From Mobula hypostoma (lineage: Eukaryota): a DNA stretch of 64,000 nt. Below, one piece after another: positions 1-13,002 of the stretch; position 1 is the stretch's first letter, and each line of letters begins with the position of its first letter. The notes under the pieces were generated by a model. The model was given only the letters and a program-made list of their open reading frames with translations, made no database searches and was not told where the DNA came from. Made by a program: the position numbers and the translations under genes. The stretch spans positions 223,264,001-223,328,000 of the forward strand of contig NC_086097.1 in assembly GCF_963921235.1 (NCBI RefSeq). Direction: 5' to 3'.

Positions 1-1545
1 GTTGGTTCAAAAAACCATCCCGCATACATTCCAAGAAATCCTCTTCCTCAGCACCTTTACCAATTTGGTTCACCCAATCTACATGTAGATTGAAGTCACC
101 CATTATAACTGCTGTTCCTTTATTGCACAGATTTCTAATTTCCTGTTTAATACCATCCCCGACCTCACTACTACTGTTAGGTGGCCTGTACACAACTCCC
201 ACCAGCGTTTTCTGCCCCTTAGTGTTATGCAGCTCTACCCATATCGATTCCACATCTTCCCGGCTTATGTCCTTCCTTTCTATTGCGTTAATCTCTTCTT
301 TAACCAGCAACGCCACCCCACCTCCTTTTCTTTCATGTCTATCCCTCCTGAATATTGAATATCCCTGAACGTTGAGCTCCCATCCCTGGTCACACTGGAG
401 CCATGTCTCTGTGATCCCAACTATATCATAATCATTAATAACAATCTGCACTTTCAATTCATCCACTTTGTTATGAATGCTCCTGGCATTGACACACGAA
501 GCCTTCAGCCGCTCTTTTACAACTCTCTTAGCCCTTATACAATTATGTTGAAAAGTGGCCCTTTTTGATGTTTGCCCTGGATTTGTCGGCCTGCCACTTT
601 TACTTTTCTCCTTACTACTTTTTGCTTCTACCCTCACTTTACACCCCTCTGTCTCTCTGCACTGGTTCCCATCCCCCTGTTGTGAACTAACCTCCTCTCG
701 TCTAGCCTCTTTAATTTGATTCCCACCCCCTTACCATTCTAGTTTAAAGTCACCTCAGTAGCCCTCGCTAATCTCCCTGCCAGGATATTGGTCCCCCTAG
801 GATTCAAGTGTAACCCGTCCTTTTTGTACAGGTCACGGCTGCACCAAAAGAGGTCCCAATGATCCAAAAACTTGAATCCCTGCCTCCTGATCCAATCCCT
901 CAGCCACGCATTTATCCTCCACCTCATCGCATTCCTACTCTCACTGTCGCGTGGCACAGGCAGTAATCCCGAGATTACTACCTTTGCGGTCCTTTTTCTC
1001 AACTCCCTTCCTAGCTCCCTATATTCTCCTTTCAGGACCTCATCCCTTTTCCTATCTATGTCATTGGTACCTATATGTACCACGACCTCTGGCTCCTCAC
1101 CCTCCCACTTCAGGATATCTTGGACACGATCAGAGATATCCCGGACCCTGGCACCAGGGAGGCAAACTACCATCCACGTCCACAGAATCGCCTATCTGAC
1201 CCCCTTACTATCGAGTCCCCTATCACAACTGCCCTCCTCTTCCTTTCCCTACCCTTCTGAGCTACAGGGCTGGACTCTGTGCCAGAGGCACGGCCACTGT
1301 CGCTTCCCCCAGGTAAGCTGTCCCCCCCAACAGTACTTAAACAGGAGTACCTATTGTTAAGGGGCACAGCCACTGGGGTACTCTCTATTACCTGACTCTT
1401 CCCCTTCCCCCTCCTAACTGTGACCCACTGGTCTGCCTCCCATGGCCCCAGTGTGACCACCTGCCTATAACTCCTCTCTATCAACTCCTCACTCTCCCTG
1501 ACCAGACGAAGGTCATCGAGCTGCAGCTCCAGTTCCGTAACCATG
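1..1545 (-). mobile_element. CR1 LINE, 5' part: ORF1 (SGNH esterase-like, frameshifted) and start of ORF2 APE endonuclease
   Basis: ORFs 1167..1544 and 739..1173 carry VIGDS, HIGTND and DGLHLN motifs. Minus strand of 1-120 reads MGDFNLHVDW. Confidence 0.92.
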
Positions 1546-2900
1546 TTCTACTCCAGCATTTGCACTCTCGTGTCTCCATAATGTGACAAAGCTCACCCCC
1601 CCCGCCGATTATCTTCTTAACCTCTTGATACGCAGTTGAAAAAAATTTACTGTTCATTTAATTCTTACACCTGGTTACTAGGAGACATTTTGCTGCAGAA
1701 ATTAAAGTATTACTTGAAAATGAGTTTGGACTGTACTTCTAAGCTATCAAACACTACTGTAGTTCCTTCAAAAATCAATTAGTAAATTTCCAGAAATTGC
1801 CTGCAAATAAGAGACTTCTCTCGAAGTAAATATACATCATAATCTGGTGTTTCATAGTTTTCTTCTCCTTGTTCATTTACCAATTCATCCCACTCTCACG
1901 TTTGCTTAGGTCACAGATGAGAACAAGAAGGTTTTTGCTCTGGATGACTCTGTAATTATCCAAACAATTAAGTTTCATCCTGAGCCATGGAGGAAGATTT
2001 GAGCTTCATCTTGCTAAAGAACTCTCTGTAAAGAACAGTACACGATAGGGTTGCAAGCCCTTTGCTGCATTTAAAGAGTCAGATATATCTCAGACATCAA
2101 GTTGAGGAACAGACCTTTAACAGATGGAAAGGTTTCAAGTATGTGTGGAGTAGGTTAAGGAAGAGGAGGTGCAGTAATTACTGAAACTGTACTCAAGAGA
2201 AAGGCTTCAAGGGGTTGCTCAGCGAGAAACAAGGATTTGCATTGAGACTCGCAAGCTTGTAGACATATTTAGGATTCCAGTTTCCAATCTATAGGATGAC
2301 AGTTGAATTAAGACTCTTATCAAAAACAGAGTAGGTTACTACAGTGAGCTTGGAGGATGTCAAAAGTCAGGTAGGAAGCTGGGGTAAGAGACAAGGGATG
2401 TTGAACAAGTTAGGTAGGGGGAGTTCAAGAAAGTTTTAAGGCAACATTATGGATAAAAGAACCAGTTGATATCTTTAAGGACTGACTGTTGGAAGCAGAG
2501 GATTTTTATAAGGAGCAGGTTATGGCATGACTAGATTGTTATGTCAAGAGTACCTCAGAAAAGTATTGGAATGGAGCTTGGAGGGGGTATTGACGTGAAG
2601 AAGATTGGCACGGAATTCCAGTTATCTGGGTAAATGATAAAACTCCGAAGCAATTTCACCTGACATCCCAGGCAATGTACATAGTGCACTGCTAACTGCA
2701 GAATGGTCGTTATATTTACTGATATTACATTCACTGCAATTTAGGTTCTGGTCCCAAACAGTTGACTTTGTCAGTGAGGCCATGCTGTTTGACTCCACCC
2801 TACACTATGAAAATGCAGTTGTCCTGGAGGTCCCAATAGAAAAAGGCCACTCCTACAACACAACAGATTAAACTGCTTAGGTGGATGCAAAGAAAAATAG

Positions 2901-3432
2901 ACTCAGGGGCCACTTTATTGGGTATATTAGATATTCGATAATGCAAATATCTAATCAGCTAATCATGTGGCAGCAACTCAATTCATAAAAGCATGCAGGT
3001 AAGAGCAAGAGGTTCAGTTATTGTTCATACCCCCAACAGCAGAATGGGGAAGAAATGGGATCAAAGTGACTTTGACCATGGAATGATTGTTGGCGCCAGA
3101 TGGGGTGGATTGAGTATCTCAGAAATTGTGTAGGATTTCCACAGTCTCTAAAGTTTACAGAAAAACAAAGGAAAAAACATCCGGTGAGTGACAGTCCTGG
3201 GGGCAAAAATGTCTTGTTAACGAGAGAGGTCAGAGGAGAATGGTCAGACTGGTTCAAGCCAGCAGGAAGGCAATAGTAACTCAAATAACCATGAGTTAAA
3301 ATAGCGATGTGCAGAAGAGCATCTTTTGAAATAGACGGGCTACAGTAGCAAAAACCAGGAATACACAGAAATACACTCAGTGTAAAACACTTATTAGTTA
3401 TAGGAGGTACCTACTAAAGTAGGCACTGAGTG
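2901..3432 (+). mobile_element. Non-autonomous Tc1-like DNA element
   Basis: Imperfect terminal inverted repeats actcaggggccactttattg / taaagtaggcactgagt. Confidence 0.65.
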
Positions 3433-4269
3433 TATATCATCTGATGGAATCATGTCAGATACACAAAAAAAACTTACACAAGGAAGTGAACAGCCTAATT
3501 TTCAAAGTGACATAAAATAACCAAGAAACATCACCACTACATTTCAACCCAGGAAAAGAACATTTTTGTAATTGAACATTTTTGGTGTTTAGTGCAACCC
3601 ACAGCTATGTTGCCAAGTCGATAAGCTGAATATGGATTTGTTTTAGCCCTAAAAGAAACTTTAATGTTTTGTGAGCCATGGTTTTTGAATTTATGGGCAT
3701 ACTTTTCTTCAGCGGTCATAGGGTGGGGTGGTGGAATAATGCTCCAACTAATCAGTCTACCACTCAATTGGACATCTTGAATCAAAATGGGAAGCAGCTT
3801 CTGGCCTCTTCCCAGGAACACACTGGTGGCACCTGGAAACCATTCTTGGGGACGAATTGTGAACTGAATAGCAGTGCTATTTTCCCCTGAAAAACTGGCA
3901 ATATTTGCCCAAAACATCAACTTAATTTACAAGTTTTAATTCCAGTTTTGAGCCAATGTACGCACATCTGAAAATGTTTCACATTGGCACAGAGTGCCAA
4001 TTTAGGCAGAGACTGAATATTATTTGCTATTTTGCTCTTCGTTTACATTGTAATGATTCGTCCTTCTTTCTCATGTAGGCTTGAAGTTGACAGCATTATT
4101 GCTATTTACAGTAAACATACTGTAACATGGTATGTTGGAGACAAGTCATAAATTAAGCATTCAATAATCTATTTCTTTAGGTTGGGAAGTCTGCATATTA
4201 ATGCAAATTTGACATCTATTTTGGATACAGTAAGAACTTACATTTAGATCTACCAAGAATGTTCCTAAG

Positions 4270-7200
4270 TCCATAAGACCATAACACCACAATATATAGG
4301 AGCAGAATTAGGCCATTTGGCCCATCAACTCTGTTCTGTTATTCTATCATGGTGGATCCTTCTTTCTCCATCCTCAGCCCCGCTCCCCAGCCTTCTCCCG
4401 GCAACCTCTGATGCCAATCAGGAACCTATCAACCTCTGCCTTAAACACTCCCAAAGAGCTGGTCTCCACGGCTGCCTGCCACAAATTCACCATCCTCTGG
4501 CTAAAGAAATTTCTCCATATCTCTGTTTTCAATGGACGCCCCTCTATTCTGAGACTGTACCCTCTTCTCTGAGACTCCTCCACCATGGGAATCATCCTTT
4601 CCACATCTACTCTGTCTAGGCCTTTCCATATACAATGAGATTTCTCTCCTACCCACCCCCCAACACCCTTCTAAATTCCAGCAAGTACAGACCTGAGACA
4701 AACGTTCCTTGCATGATAACACTCTTATTCCCAGAATCATCCTTGTGAACCTCCTCTGAACTCTCTCCAATGCCCAAAACTGTTCACAGTAACTCAAGGT
4801 GAGGCCTCACCAGTGCCTTATAAAGCCTCAGGATCACATCCCTGCTCTTGTATTCTAGACCTCTTGAAATGAATGCTAACAGTGCATTTGCCTTCTTCAC
4901 CACCGATTCAAATTGTAAGTTAACCTTTAGGGCACCCCCAAGTCCCTTTTCATCTCACATTTTGGATTTTCTCTCCACTTAGAAAATAGCCTGCACATTT
5001 ATTTCAACTACCAAAGTGTATGACCATGCATTTTCCAACATTGTATTTTATTTACTGCTTTCTTGCCCATTCTAAGTCCTTCTGCAGCCTTCCTGTTACC
5101 TGCCTCTCTTTGTATCATCTGCAAACATAGGAAAAAAGCCATTTATTACATTATCTAAATCCTCCCGGGGGGACGGGGGAGAAGATGGCAACGCGACAGC
5201 AGTGTGCACGGCCACTTTGGTGATGAATATCTGTTATCTGTCAAGTAGGGGACCGTGCACAATCCTGATTTCATGGAGACAGTGGAACATCTGGAAAACT
5301 TCTGAAATGCCCGCTTCGCTGCCACTGCTACTGTGTGGTAACCGGAATCTCCGGAGCTGAAGGCCCCGAAGTCCTCGGCTTTACGTGTTTCAGCAGCCAG
5401 GGAGAGGTCAAAGGCGTTCGGCAGAGGATGGCGCTCAGGAGGCTGTGTCAGAGAGGTTGCTTGGAAGCTCGAAGTTTTCGGACGGATGGACTCAGTATCG
5501 GCTGGGGTCGGCTGCTTCCAAGGTATCGGCAAGTTGACGGTGCCTGGAGGTTTATGGCAGGGAGCTTCTCCCTTTTGCCAAATGCTATCGGGGACTCGGG
5601 GACTTTGAAACTTTTTTTTTTACTGTGCCCATGGTCTGTTCTTTATCAAATTATGGTATTGCTTTGCACTGCTGTAACTATATGTTATAATTATGTGGCT
5701 CTGTCAGCGTTAGTCTTTGGTTTGTCCTGTTTTCTGTGATATCACTCCGGAGAAACATTGTATCATTTCTTAATGCATGTATGCATTTCTAAATGACAAT
5801 AAAAGAGAACTGAATGTTCTCAGAATCTAATCTAAGAAAATCTAAATCATTGATATACAGTATAAAAAAAAAGTGGTCCCAACACCGACCCCTGCGGAAC
5901 ACCACTAGTCACTGGCAGCCATCCAGGAAAGGATCCTTTTAGTGCCACTCACTGCCTCCTACCAATCAGCAATGCTCTAACCATGCTAGTAACTTTCCTG
6001 TAATACCAGGGCTCTTAACTTGGTAAGCAACCTCATGTGTGGCACTTTGTCAAAGGCCTTCTGAAAATCCAAATATACAACATCCCCTGCATCCTCTTTA
6101 TCCATCCTACTTGTAGTCTCCTCTAAGAATTCCAACAGGTTCTTCAAGCAGGATTATCCCTGAAGGAAACCTTGCTGTCTTTGTAGTATCTTGTCCTGTG
6201 TCACCAAGTACTCCATCACCTCATCCATAACAATTGACTCTAACATCTTCCCAATCACTGAGATCAGACTAACTGGTCTATAATTTCCTTTTTGCTGCCT
6301 TTCTCCTTTCATAAAGAGTGGAGTGACATTTGTAATTTTCCAGCCCTCTGGCACCATGACAAAGTCCGATGACTTTTGAAAGATCATTAACTAATGCGTC
6401 CACAATCTCTACCCCTACTTCTTTCGGAACCCTAGGGTGCAGTTCATCTGGTCCAACTGACTTGTGTACCCTTAGGTCTTTCAGCTTTTTGAGCATCTTC
6501 CCCCTTGTGATAGTAACTGCACTTACTTCTCCTCCTTCACACATTAGAACATCTGGCATGCTGCTAGTGTCTTCCACAGTGAAGACTGATGTAAAATACT
6601 CACTTCATTCATCTGACATCTCCTTCTTCCCTATTATTATTTCTTCGGCCTCATTTTCTAGTGGTTCTATGTATAGTCTCATCTCTCTTACTTTTTTCCA
6701 CATATTTGAAAAAGCTTTGATGCTGTTTGCTAGCTTGCTTTCATATTTCATCTTTTCCCTCCAAATGATTCTTTTAGTTGATCTCTGCAGAGTTTTAAAA
6801 GGTTCCCAATCCTCTTATCTTCCCACTAATTTTTACTTTGTCGTATGCCTTCACTTTTGTTTTTACATTAGCTTTAAGTTCCCTTGTCAGCTACAGTTGT
6901 ACTATTTAGCCATCTGAGTATTTCTTTTGTTTTTGGAATACACCTTCTTCATTTTTTCCCACAAACTCAAGCCATTGCTGCTCTGCTGTCATCCCTACCA
7001 GCATCTGTTGTCATCCCTCCCAGCATCTCCTTCCAATTTCCAATCTCCTTCCAGTTCCTCTCTCATACCACTCTGCTTTCCTTTACTCCACTAAAATACT
7101 ACTACATCAGACTTTACTCTCCTTCTGCAAATTTCATGTTGAACTCAATCATATTGTGATCACAGCCTCCTAAGGGCTTTTATTTTACCTTAAGCTCCCT

Positions 7201-7685
7201 AATCTCCTCCAGTTCGTTACATAACACCCGATCCAGTATAGCTGATCCCCTAGTAGGCTCAATGACAAACTGCTCTAAAAAGCCATCTCATAGACATTCA
7301 ACAAACTCACTCTCTTGAAATTCATTACTAACCTGATTTTCCCAATCGACCTGTATGTTGAAATCTCCCATGACTATCATAATATTGCCCCTCTGACATG
7401 CCTTTTCTATTTTCCGTTGTAATCTGTGGTTCACATCCCAGCTACTGTTGGGAGGCCTGTATGTAACTGCCATCAGGGTCCTTTTACCCTTGCCATTTCT
7501 TAATGCAACCCACAAGGATTCAACATCTTCTGATCTTATGTCACATCTTTCTAGGGATTTGATGCCATTTTTTAGCAGCAGAGCCACGCCACAGCCGCTG
7601 CCTACCTTCCTATCCCTCTGATACAACGTGTAACCTTGGACATTCAACTCCCAACTACAACCATCCTTCAGCCATGATTCACTGA
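4270..7685 (-). mobile_element. Degraded CR1 LINE (endonuclease, RT and 3' end)
   Basis: Minus-strand ORFs 7288..7734 (YRPP, MGDFN), 6278..6577 (GPDELHPRV), 6154..6387 (NYRPVSL) and 4374..4797 (LERVQRRFTRM, RNFFSQR). Confidence 0.9.
5162..5839 (+). mobile_element. Non-autonomous retroelement (SINE or deleted LINE) nested in the CR1
   Basis: 9-bp TSD atctaaatc at 5153-5161 and 5840-5848. GC-rich head, aataaa signal and (atcta)n tail. Confidence 0.7.
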
Positions 7686-8017
7686 CTCTGCGGCTGTGAA
7701 AGAGGAGGGTTAGGCCTGGGGCTAGCAACCTCATCCCACAAATCCCAGTGTTAAAGGAATGCCAACAGAAGCTCCAAAGACCTCATCCCTGGGAGAGGGA
7801 GGATCTAAAACAGGGGTTCCCAACTTTTATTATGTCGTGGACCAATACCCATTAAGCAGGGGATCCTTGGACTCCAGGTTGGGAACCCAGTCTGGAAGAT
7901 GAACTATACCTGTGGACAACTTGAAAGACTGGCCCAGGATACAGGACCCTGGCGAGCTGCTGTCAGCAGCCCATGTCCCAGTAGGGGTGGCAGGCTTAAG
8001 AAGCAGAAGAAGAAGAG
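7686..8017 (+). mobile_element. RTE-derived short element (5' and 3' ends joined, (gaa)n tail)
   Basis: RTE-like head (ggggctagcaacc) and a 3' end encoding LAQD..W.AAV, followed by aagaagcagaagaagaag. Confidence 0.55.
7811..7890. mobile_element. About 80-bp hAT-type MITE nested in the RTE-derived element
   Basis: TIRs caggggttcccaac / gttgggaacccag. Confidence 0.65.
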
Positions 8018-8229
8018 ATTACAATTAATAATTAAAATACATGGTGAATGAATTTGTTTTTTATGGCTAGGAGACAAGGAAGACTATAGTGTGTTTATAG
8101 GGATAAATAGCTGAACAACTGGAAGGGAAAGATTGCCCTTGGTTTAATGCCATATCTGAAATACACCAGCTCTAACAATAAGCAATGGATCATTGTCATT
8201 GCTGGATCCAGTGCTCTCAGCTATTTCCT

Positions 8230-9303
8230 GATAATAAAGGGATCCTATTCTGATTGGTTGCCGGTTACTAGTGGTGTTCCGCAGGGGTCGGTGTTGGGGC
8301 CGCTTCTTTTTACGATGTATATCGATGATTTGGATTATGGATTAAATGGTTTTGTGGCCAAGTTTGCGGATGACACCAAGATAGGTGGAGGAGCAGGAAA
8401 TGTTGAAGAAACAGAAAGGTTGCAGAGAGACTTAGTCAGTTTAGGAGAGTGGGCAAAGAAATGGCAGATGAGATACAACGTTGACAAATGTACGGTTGTA
8501 CATTTCGGAAGAAGAAATAATCGGGCAGATTATTATTTAGATGGGGAGAAAATTCAAAAATCTGAAGTGCAAAGGGACTTGGGGATCCTCGTGCAGGATA
8601 CCCTAAAGGTTAACCACCAAGTTGGATTCGCGGTAAGGAAAGCGAATGCTATGCTGGCATTCATTTCAAGAGGAATAGTGTATAAGAGTAAGGAGGTGTT
8701 GATGAGGTTCTTTGGGGCATTAGTGAGACCTCATTTGGAATACTGTGTGCAGTTTTGGGCCCCCTATCTTAGAAAGGATATACTGATGTTGGAGAGAGTT
8801 CAGAGAAGATTTACGAGGATGATTCCTGGAATGCAGGGGCTAACATATGAGGAACCTCTGTCGGTTCTTGGATTGTATTCATTAGAGTATAGAAGAATGA
8901 GAGGGGATCTCATAGAAACGTTTCGAATGTTGAAAGGGTTGGACAGAGTAGATGTGGAAAGGCTGTTTCCCTTGATGGGTGAGTCCAGGACAAGAGGCCA
9001 CAGTCTTAGAATTAGAGGGTACCCAGTTAAAACAGAGATGAGGAGAAATTTTTTTAGTCAGAGGGTCGTGGATTTGTGGAATTCGTTGCCACATATGGCT
9101 GTGGAGGCCCGATCATTGAGGGTGTTTAAGGAGGAGATTGACAGGTATCTAATTAGTCAGGGTGTCAAGGGACATGGGGAAAAAGCCAGAAATTGGAACT
9201 AGATGGGTGAATAGTTTAGCTCATGGGGGAGCTGGGGAGCAGACTCGATGGGCCGAATGGCCTACCTCTGCTCCTTTGTCTTGTGATCTTGTGATCTTGT
9301 GAT
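8230..9303 (+). mobile_element. Young 5'-truncated CR1 LINE (RT C-terminal half, open frame)
   Basis: ORF 8147..9202 has GVPQGSVLGP, FADDTK and LEYCVQFWAP. Tail (tcttgtga)n. Confidence 0.95.
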
Positions 9304-10309
9304 ACGGTATGGAATGAATACAAAGGCTGCAGACTCGCTTCTGTGATCCATGGCAACCCAGAAAGAAAGAGTGTAATTTATTTGGCATTTCTCGGTGATC
9401 ACTGTTGTAGAAGCTTCAGCCTGTCTTCAGCATTGCCATGCTGCGTGGTTGGGCCTTCACTGAAGATGAGGAGGTTCAGGGACCGCCTCCTCCAGTTAGC
9501 TGTTTAGTTGTCCACTACCATTTCCAAGTTCATGTGGTGAGATTGCAGAGCTTTGACCTAATCTTTGGTTAAGAAATCATTTAGTTCTCCCTACTGCATG
9601 CTATTTTGGTTTGGCGAGGAAATGGTTCTGTATGGGAGATTCACTGAGCTGGCACCTCATTATTTTTAGGTATTGCTGGTGCCACTCCCAAGTCCCTCTG
9701 CACTCCTCCTCAACTATTTGGCTTTTTTTGCCTATTGGTTATTGTCCGCCCTGCTGGGTATGACCTATCATTGATTGTGCTTCTTGTATTTACTGTGATT
9801 GCTTGCAAGAAAAGGAATCTCAGGTTGTATATGGTGATATATCTGTACCTTTAGAATAAATTTATTTTGAACTTTGGTGGTGATGTTAAGAGTAAGGAAT
9901 ATGGCTCAAGTAAAGAAAATGCAGAGCAACTTTAGACCATGGACACAAGTTCAGTTACCAATAGTCCCGTTTCTAAACTACCAACCTTTACCAATATCAT
10001 TCAGCCCAAGCCTTATGCAATGTGATGCACCCGTCTTATAGTCACCCTTACCAAATTTACTGCTTCCACTGGATGAATGGGTCCATAACTACTCTTTATT
10101 GCACAGTACCGAGTAGAACATGAGAGAAAATGAAAGGTGCGGAAGATGGCTGAGAGATTTGTAAAGTTGACAGACAAGGACGCTGAGATAAGCAGTGCAT
10201 CCAAATCCTTCTCAGAGACAGAGTTTGTACTTAATGGTGACAGAACAACTCCCCTTCATGACAGGCACAGAAAGAGATAAGAATTATCAACTGTAGCGAG
10301 CTTGACAAT

Positions 10310-10535
10310 AAAGTCATAGGCCCCTGCAGCACAGACACAGGCCCTTTGGCCCATCTGGTCCATGCTGAGCAATTATTCTGCCTAGCCCAACCGACCTGCA
10401 CCTGGAACATATCCTCGCCCCCACCCATCTATGTACTCATCCAAACTTCTCTTAAATGTTGCAAGTGAACCTGCATCTACCACTTCAGCTGACAGCTCGT
10501 TCGACACTCTCACCACCCTCTGAGCAAAGGAACTT
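10310..10535 (-). mobile_element. CR1 3'-end fragment
   Basis: ORF 10382..10564 reads FAQRVVRV.NEL..EVVDAGSL.TFK, followed by CR1-type 3' UTR. Confidence 0.7.
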
Positions 10536-10758
10536 CTCATCCAGCAACTATAACAAGCTTCCAAGGTTTATTTGAGAGATAGATTTTCTAAAAAGTTGAA
10601 AATTATAAGACCCATCTCCAAACAGTAATTTTCCAAAGACAGGCTTGGTAACCCCCATCTCAGTATGTCTTATTTAACCTAATAGCACCTCGTCTCCTAA
10701 CAGACCAGTCTGCACCGTTATTCCGTCAGATAACTTTTCGAAACCACTAAATGTCTGT

Positions 10759-10946
10759 TCAATTGAATCCAGATGTCAAGAGCTGAAAGAGCTGTTCTCA
10801 GAAAAGAAGGAACTAACATAAATCTTGCAGCTGACAGAAGTCCCACTGTGCTCATTCGAGGAAGCTCTTCAAAAAAGTACTAGGGCCAAGATACCTGATG
10901 GGCACAAAGGCAGATGTCCACGTCCAAGCCCCCTTCACCAAGTGTA
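10759..10946 (-). pseudogene. Last coding exon (VHLVKGAWTW...FLE*AQWDFCQLQDL..QLFQLLTSGFN*)
   Basis: Acceptor ttgttttgcatcttgcttgag|TA. Resembles the GREB1 C-terminus FHFLKGA...LEDEWQFRLRD...PLFFLTG. Confidence 0.65.
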
Positions 10947-11289
10947 CTCAAGCAAGATGCAAAACAAATATTAGTTAGAAATTGGAGACTTTCAACAACA
11001 TTATTTAAAAAGTGATTTTTGTTTATCTATCTAAAGTAGTTCAAATATTCCAATGTTATAAACTAAATGGAAAATTACCTTAATTTTGAGTTTACTTTTA
11101 AGTCAAGCAGGACGCATCATGGAGTTTTTCTTCTCCATTAATTTAAAACAAATGTAACAGCATTAGGGTCAGTAGATAATACTTTTCCAATACAGGACCT
11201 TCAGTAATGCAATGTCTTTAAAATACATTATGTACAGCACAAGCATTGTGCATATTGTGAAGTTTAATTGTAAAAGCTTAAACAACTAC

Positions 11290-11397
11290 CTTTATCTTGC
11301 CTTCAACAGCAGGATATTAAAATTAATATTTATTTAACTTTATTTGAATAGCAGTTTTTGTACACAAAGGCTATTCAGGGTGTTGTTCTTGGTACAG
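11290..11397 (-). pseudogene. Exon with stops (VPRTTP*IAFVYKN...ILILISCC*RQDK)
   Basis: Acceptor ttttcattag|CT; donor AAG|gtagtt; 108 nt, phase 1 to 1, in phase with the final exon. Confidence 0.55.
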
Positions 11398-11626
11398 CTA
11401 ATGAAAATGAGTTAATGTTCTGTACCCTTCTATTCCCTTCCCTCTAAAAGGCCCCTGTTATAACTGCCTCCTAATCCAAGGATCATCTGACTTGAGTTAC
11501 AAAAAAACGAACATCTTTGTTTGTGAGGCTTGTATGAAAAACAACAAATGGATTACTTACTATAAAAAGTAGTTAGTACTAAAGAATTTTAGTCATACTA
11601 AATAAAGGATTAAGTAGAAATTTTAC

Positions 11627-11844
11627 CTGCTCCTTTTTAAGCATTTTTGTACTCATTATTAAATGCAACTTAAACCCTTCCAGGTATTACAGTTTACAGT
11701 TTTCTACCATACTTCTTCATTAAACTTAACTATATACAAACTGTTTCTCATCACCATCCCCTTCTTTCTGTAACCACTCGAGTACATTACATGGATATAA
11801 CACTCAATTATGAGACAATTATGAACAGATCTCGCACAAATAAC
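11627..11844 (-). pseudogene. Exon (VICARSVHNCLIIECYIHV...)
   Basis: Acceptor attgtag|GTT; donor CAG|gtaaaa. Resembles GREB1 HPVLSVDCYLNL. Confidence 0.6.
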
Positions 11845-13002
11845 CTACAATCTATGACAGGTTGCAAAAGTATATTTAACAATGGACAGAGCTTAAAACA
11901 CGGATAGTTTTGGTAATTTCACACTAGGCTGCAAAGTAGACTAACCACGTTACACCTTTCTTGGATGGTGGAAAAGTTAAGAGTACAGTAAAGAAAGGAC
12001 AGGGATAAACGAGAAATTATGTTATTAACACAAAGGAGGGTGAAGTATGATTATAAGAGTAGACCACCTTGCTAACATAAAAATGGAGTCCAGAGTTCTT
12101 TTGAAAACATATCAATAGTATAAATAGGTTTCAAGGTTGTCAAGCCGAGGGGTGGTAGTGGGGACAAGCTCCCACTACCTAAAAGTGCTCCTCGTGGCAT
12201 GTGCCTCAAATAGCCTCTGACAACCAGGTCCAACTCCTGGCCTTCTCGTGTGGCTTAGCCCCTAAGCCCGGCAGAACTGTTTCTACTGACAGGAGAAGGG
12301 GTGAAGGCAGGTCCTGGTGCCTTAAAACCAGTGCTTTGGATAGATGGAACTCGACAGCCTGGGAAGGCAGTCCATGTAAGAGAGAGAAACTCTGATTTCA
12401 AACCTCCGCTGCCTTGCGGCCATACCCATTGATGGGAAAGGCTTCGGGAGTAAACCCTGAGAAAAATCCGCAGCTGGAGTCCCTAAGGCAGTCTGAACGT
12501 TGCCTTCAACCTCGTTCTGGCAACTCCTACGACGACACTGGTGCCAAGCTGTATCGGCCCTTGCCCCTCTCTTGGACAACATCGGTGTCGTGGAGCGGGG
12601 AGACTTGCAGCATGGGCAACTGCTGGTCTTCCATACAACCTTGCCCAGGCCTGTGCCCTGGAGAGGACACTCCAGCTTCGCCTCACCGCGACGGCACAAC
12701 ACGGAAAGCAGCAGTCTACCGGTTATAAGCCTGCGCTCGACTGGCGAAGAGCAGGGCACCAGGGGTTGCTTTCGACGGAGGGAGAGACCATCGCGTCTCA
12801 CTGGACAGCTACCGCCCACCTCAAGCTGGGCAGCCCCCAGCCAATTAGGTGCTGTCCCGCCACAGTCCACCCGCTCCACAGGGTACATGGAGCTTAGGGA
12901 TACAAGTAGCTTGAACTGCAGACTGTAAATGCTGCACCAAGCACAACTAGAAGACAAAGAAAAAAGCCAGTACTCAGACTAGGATGCTGGAATATACGGA
13001 CC

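Noticed and set aside
3678..3890. + strand terminal-exon-like ORF (SGHRVGWWNN...)
   Set aside because: Isolated, with no partner exons or recognisable homology.
8147..8229. Novel N-terminal extension fused to the CR1 RT (domesticated gene)
   Set aside because: Only about 28 codons of flanking DNA that happen to be in frame with a 5'-truncated CR1.
10146..10280. Short + strand ORF MAERFVKLTDKDAE...
   Set aside because: 44 codons and no support. It lies just downstream of the pseudogene's last exon.
12200..12960. Overlapping 100-210 aa ORFs as an RTE ORF1 or host gene
   Set aside because: The GC-rich 5' UTR of the RTE yields spurious ORFs on both strands, and none has recognisable motifs.
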